IMG/VR virus record: IMGVR_UViG_3300045988_051885
Length of the DNA: 41,118 bases
DNA from: a virus
Reading direction: 5' to 3' (one strand)
The notes beneath the pieces are model-generated. The model was not told the origin of the DNA and did no database searches. It saw only the letters and a program-made list of their open reading frames with translations. Below are positions 40,781-41,118 of this stretch, one piece after another. The translations under genes and the position numbers were made by a program. Within the stretch, counting starts at the first letter, position 1; each line of letters starts with the position of its first letter.

Positions 40781-40801
40781 GTGTTACCAAAAATGTTACC
40801 A
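40781..40801 (+). repeat. Arm-type repeat GTGTTACCAAAAATGTTACCA (copy 1; internally TGTTACCA x2)
   Basis: Exact 21-bp direct repeat with 40990..41010. The two copies flank the attP core. Confidence 0.8.
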
Positions 40802-40850
40802 CGATAAAGAAAGGAACGCCAATTCTAAACGAAATGACGCTCCTTTTGCA

Positions 40851-40874
40851 TGGTGGAGGCGATGGGAGTCGAAC
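40851..40874 (-). other. attP: attP core: 3'-terminal 24 nt of a tRNA gene (minus strand)
   Basis: The reverse complement reads GTTCGACTCCCATCGCCTCCACCA, which is T-loop, T-stem 3' strand, acceptor 3' strand, A73 and CCA. tRNA-like pairing is lost further 5'. Confidence 0.7.
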
Positions 40875-40989
40875 AATTAAAAATGATAGATTGTCGTCAA
40901 AAATGCATCTGGGATGCATGAAAGAGCGTAGGAATAATGCGGCTTTGTTGGGCTATGTCCGATTCGTCTTTTTACATTTAGAAAAAAGA

Positions 40990-41010
40990 GTGTTACCAAA
41001 AATGTTACCA
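40990..41010 (+). repeat. Arm-type repeat GTGTTACCAAAAATGTTACCA (copy 2), 3 nt from the int stop
   Basis: Exact copy of 40781..40801. Confidence 0.8.
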
Positions 41011-41013
41011 GAG

Positions 41014-41118
41014 TCAGGCCTGTGCCTTTTTGAATGCCGCGGTGGTAGCGGCGGCAAGGTCTTCCCTCTGACCGTCAAGCTCGTGCCGATACACTCCGGC
41101 AGTGTCCATGTTCTTGCT
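41014..41118 (-). CDS. int: Integrase C-terminal end (41064..41118 duplicates 1..55)
   Basis: In-frame continuation ...DGQREDLAAATTAAFKKAQA, with the stop TGA at the complement of 41014-41016. Confidence 0.85.
   Translation of the reverse strand, partial: SKNMDTAGVYRHELDGQREDLAAATTAAFKKAQA
41064..41118. repeat. Terminal overlap, identical to 1..55
   Basis: Exact 55-nt identity. Confidence 0.9.

Larger units (their letters stand above)
1..41063. mobile_element. Complete circular genome of a temperate siphovirus-type phage (integrase, attP, CI/Cro switch, replication, packaging, head, tail, lysis and accessory modules)
   Basis: Gene content and order read from translations. An exact 55-bp end overlap closes the circle. 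attP with a tRNA 3' fragment lies next to int. Confidence 0.85.

Noticed and set aside
41064-41118. The 55-bp terminal direct repeat read as att sites, an LTR or cos-type terminal redundancy
   Set aside because: It lies inside the integrase reading frame and is exact. The real attP (tRNA fragment plus arm repeats) is at 40781-41010. Circular-assembly overlap is the simplest explanation.

Overview
The window is a complete, circularly closed genome of a temperate siphovirus-type phage. The unique length is 41063 bp, and the last 55 bp repeat the first 55 bp exactly. The host is probably a GC-rich Firmicute (Clostridia-like), judged from strong AGGAGG ribosome-binding sites, a GH25 endolysin, an LL-H-type holin and a SHOCT protein; GC content was not computed. 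All calls come from reading the sequence and translations by eye. Family names are similarity judgements from memory, not database hits.

Gene order:
- A tyrosine integrase split across the window ends, which the ORF track misses.
- Minus-strand lysogeny and immunity cargo.
- A CI/Cro-like switch with 16-bp GTAC-N8-GTAC operators and face-to-face promoters.
- A Bro-N antirepressor.
- A recombination and replication module: DUF1351-like protein, RecT, SSB, DnaD-type organiser with ori-like iterons, and a helicase loader.
- ASCH, RusA, an MT-A70 methyltransferase and a late regulator.
- About 1 kb with no credible ORF, holding a candidate large structured RNA, tRNA-Trp, one degenerate tRNA-like element and one 150-nt tRNA-like gene, bounded by terminators.
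- Head genes: terS, terL, portal, MuF-like protein, scaffold and capsid, interrupted by tRNA-Met.
- Connector and tail genes with a -1 frameshift chaperone, then TMP, Tal, Dit, and a fibre plus a duplicated tip cassette.
- GH25 endolysin and holin.
- Two promoter-bearing accessory (moron) regions.
- attP, carrying a tRNA 3' fragment and arm-type repeats.

The most interesting targets are the ORF-free RNA island (14.55-15.55 kb), the aberrant tRNA-like gene, the acr/aca-like minus-strand operon (34.96-36.68 kb) and the Q/N-rich, Cys-rich and BclA-like accessory locus (37.0-40.75 kb).
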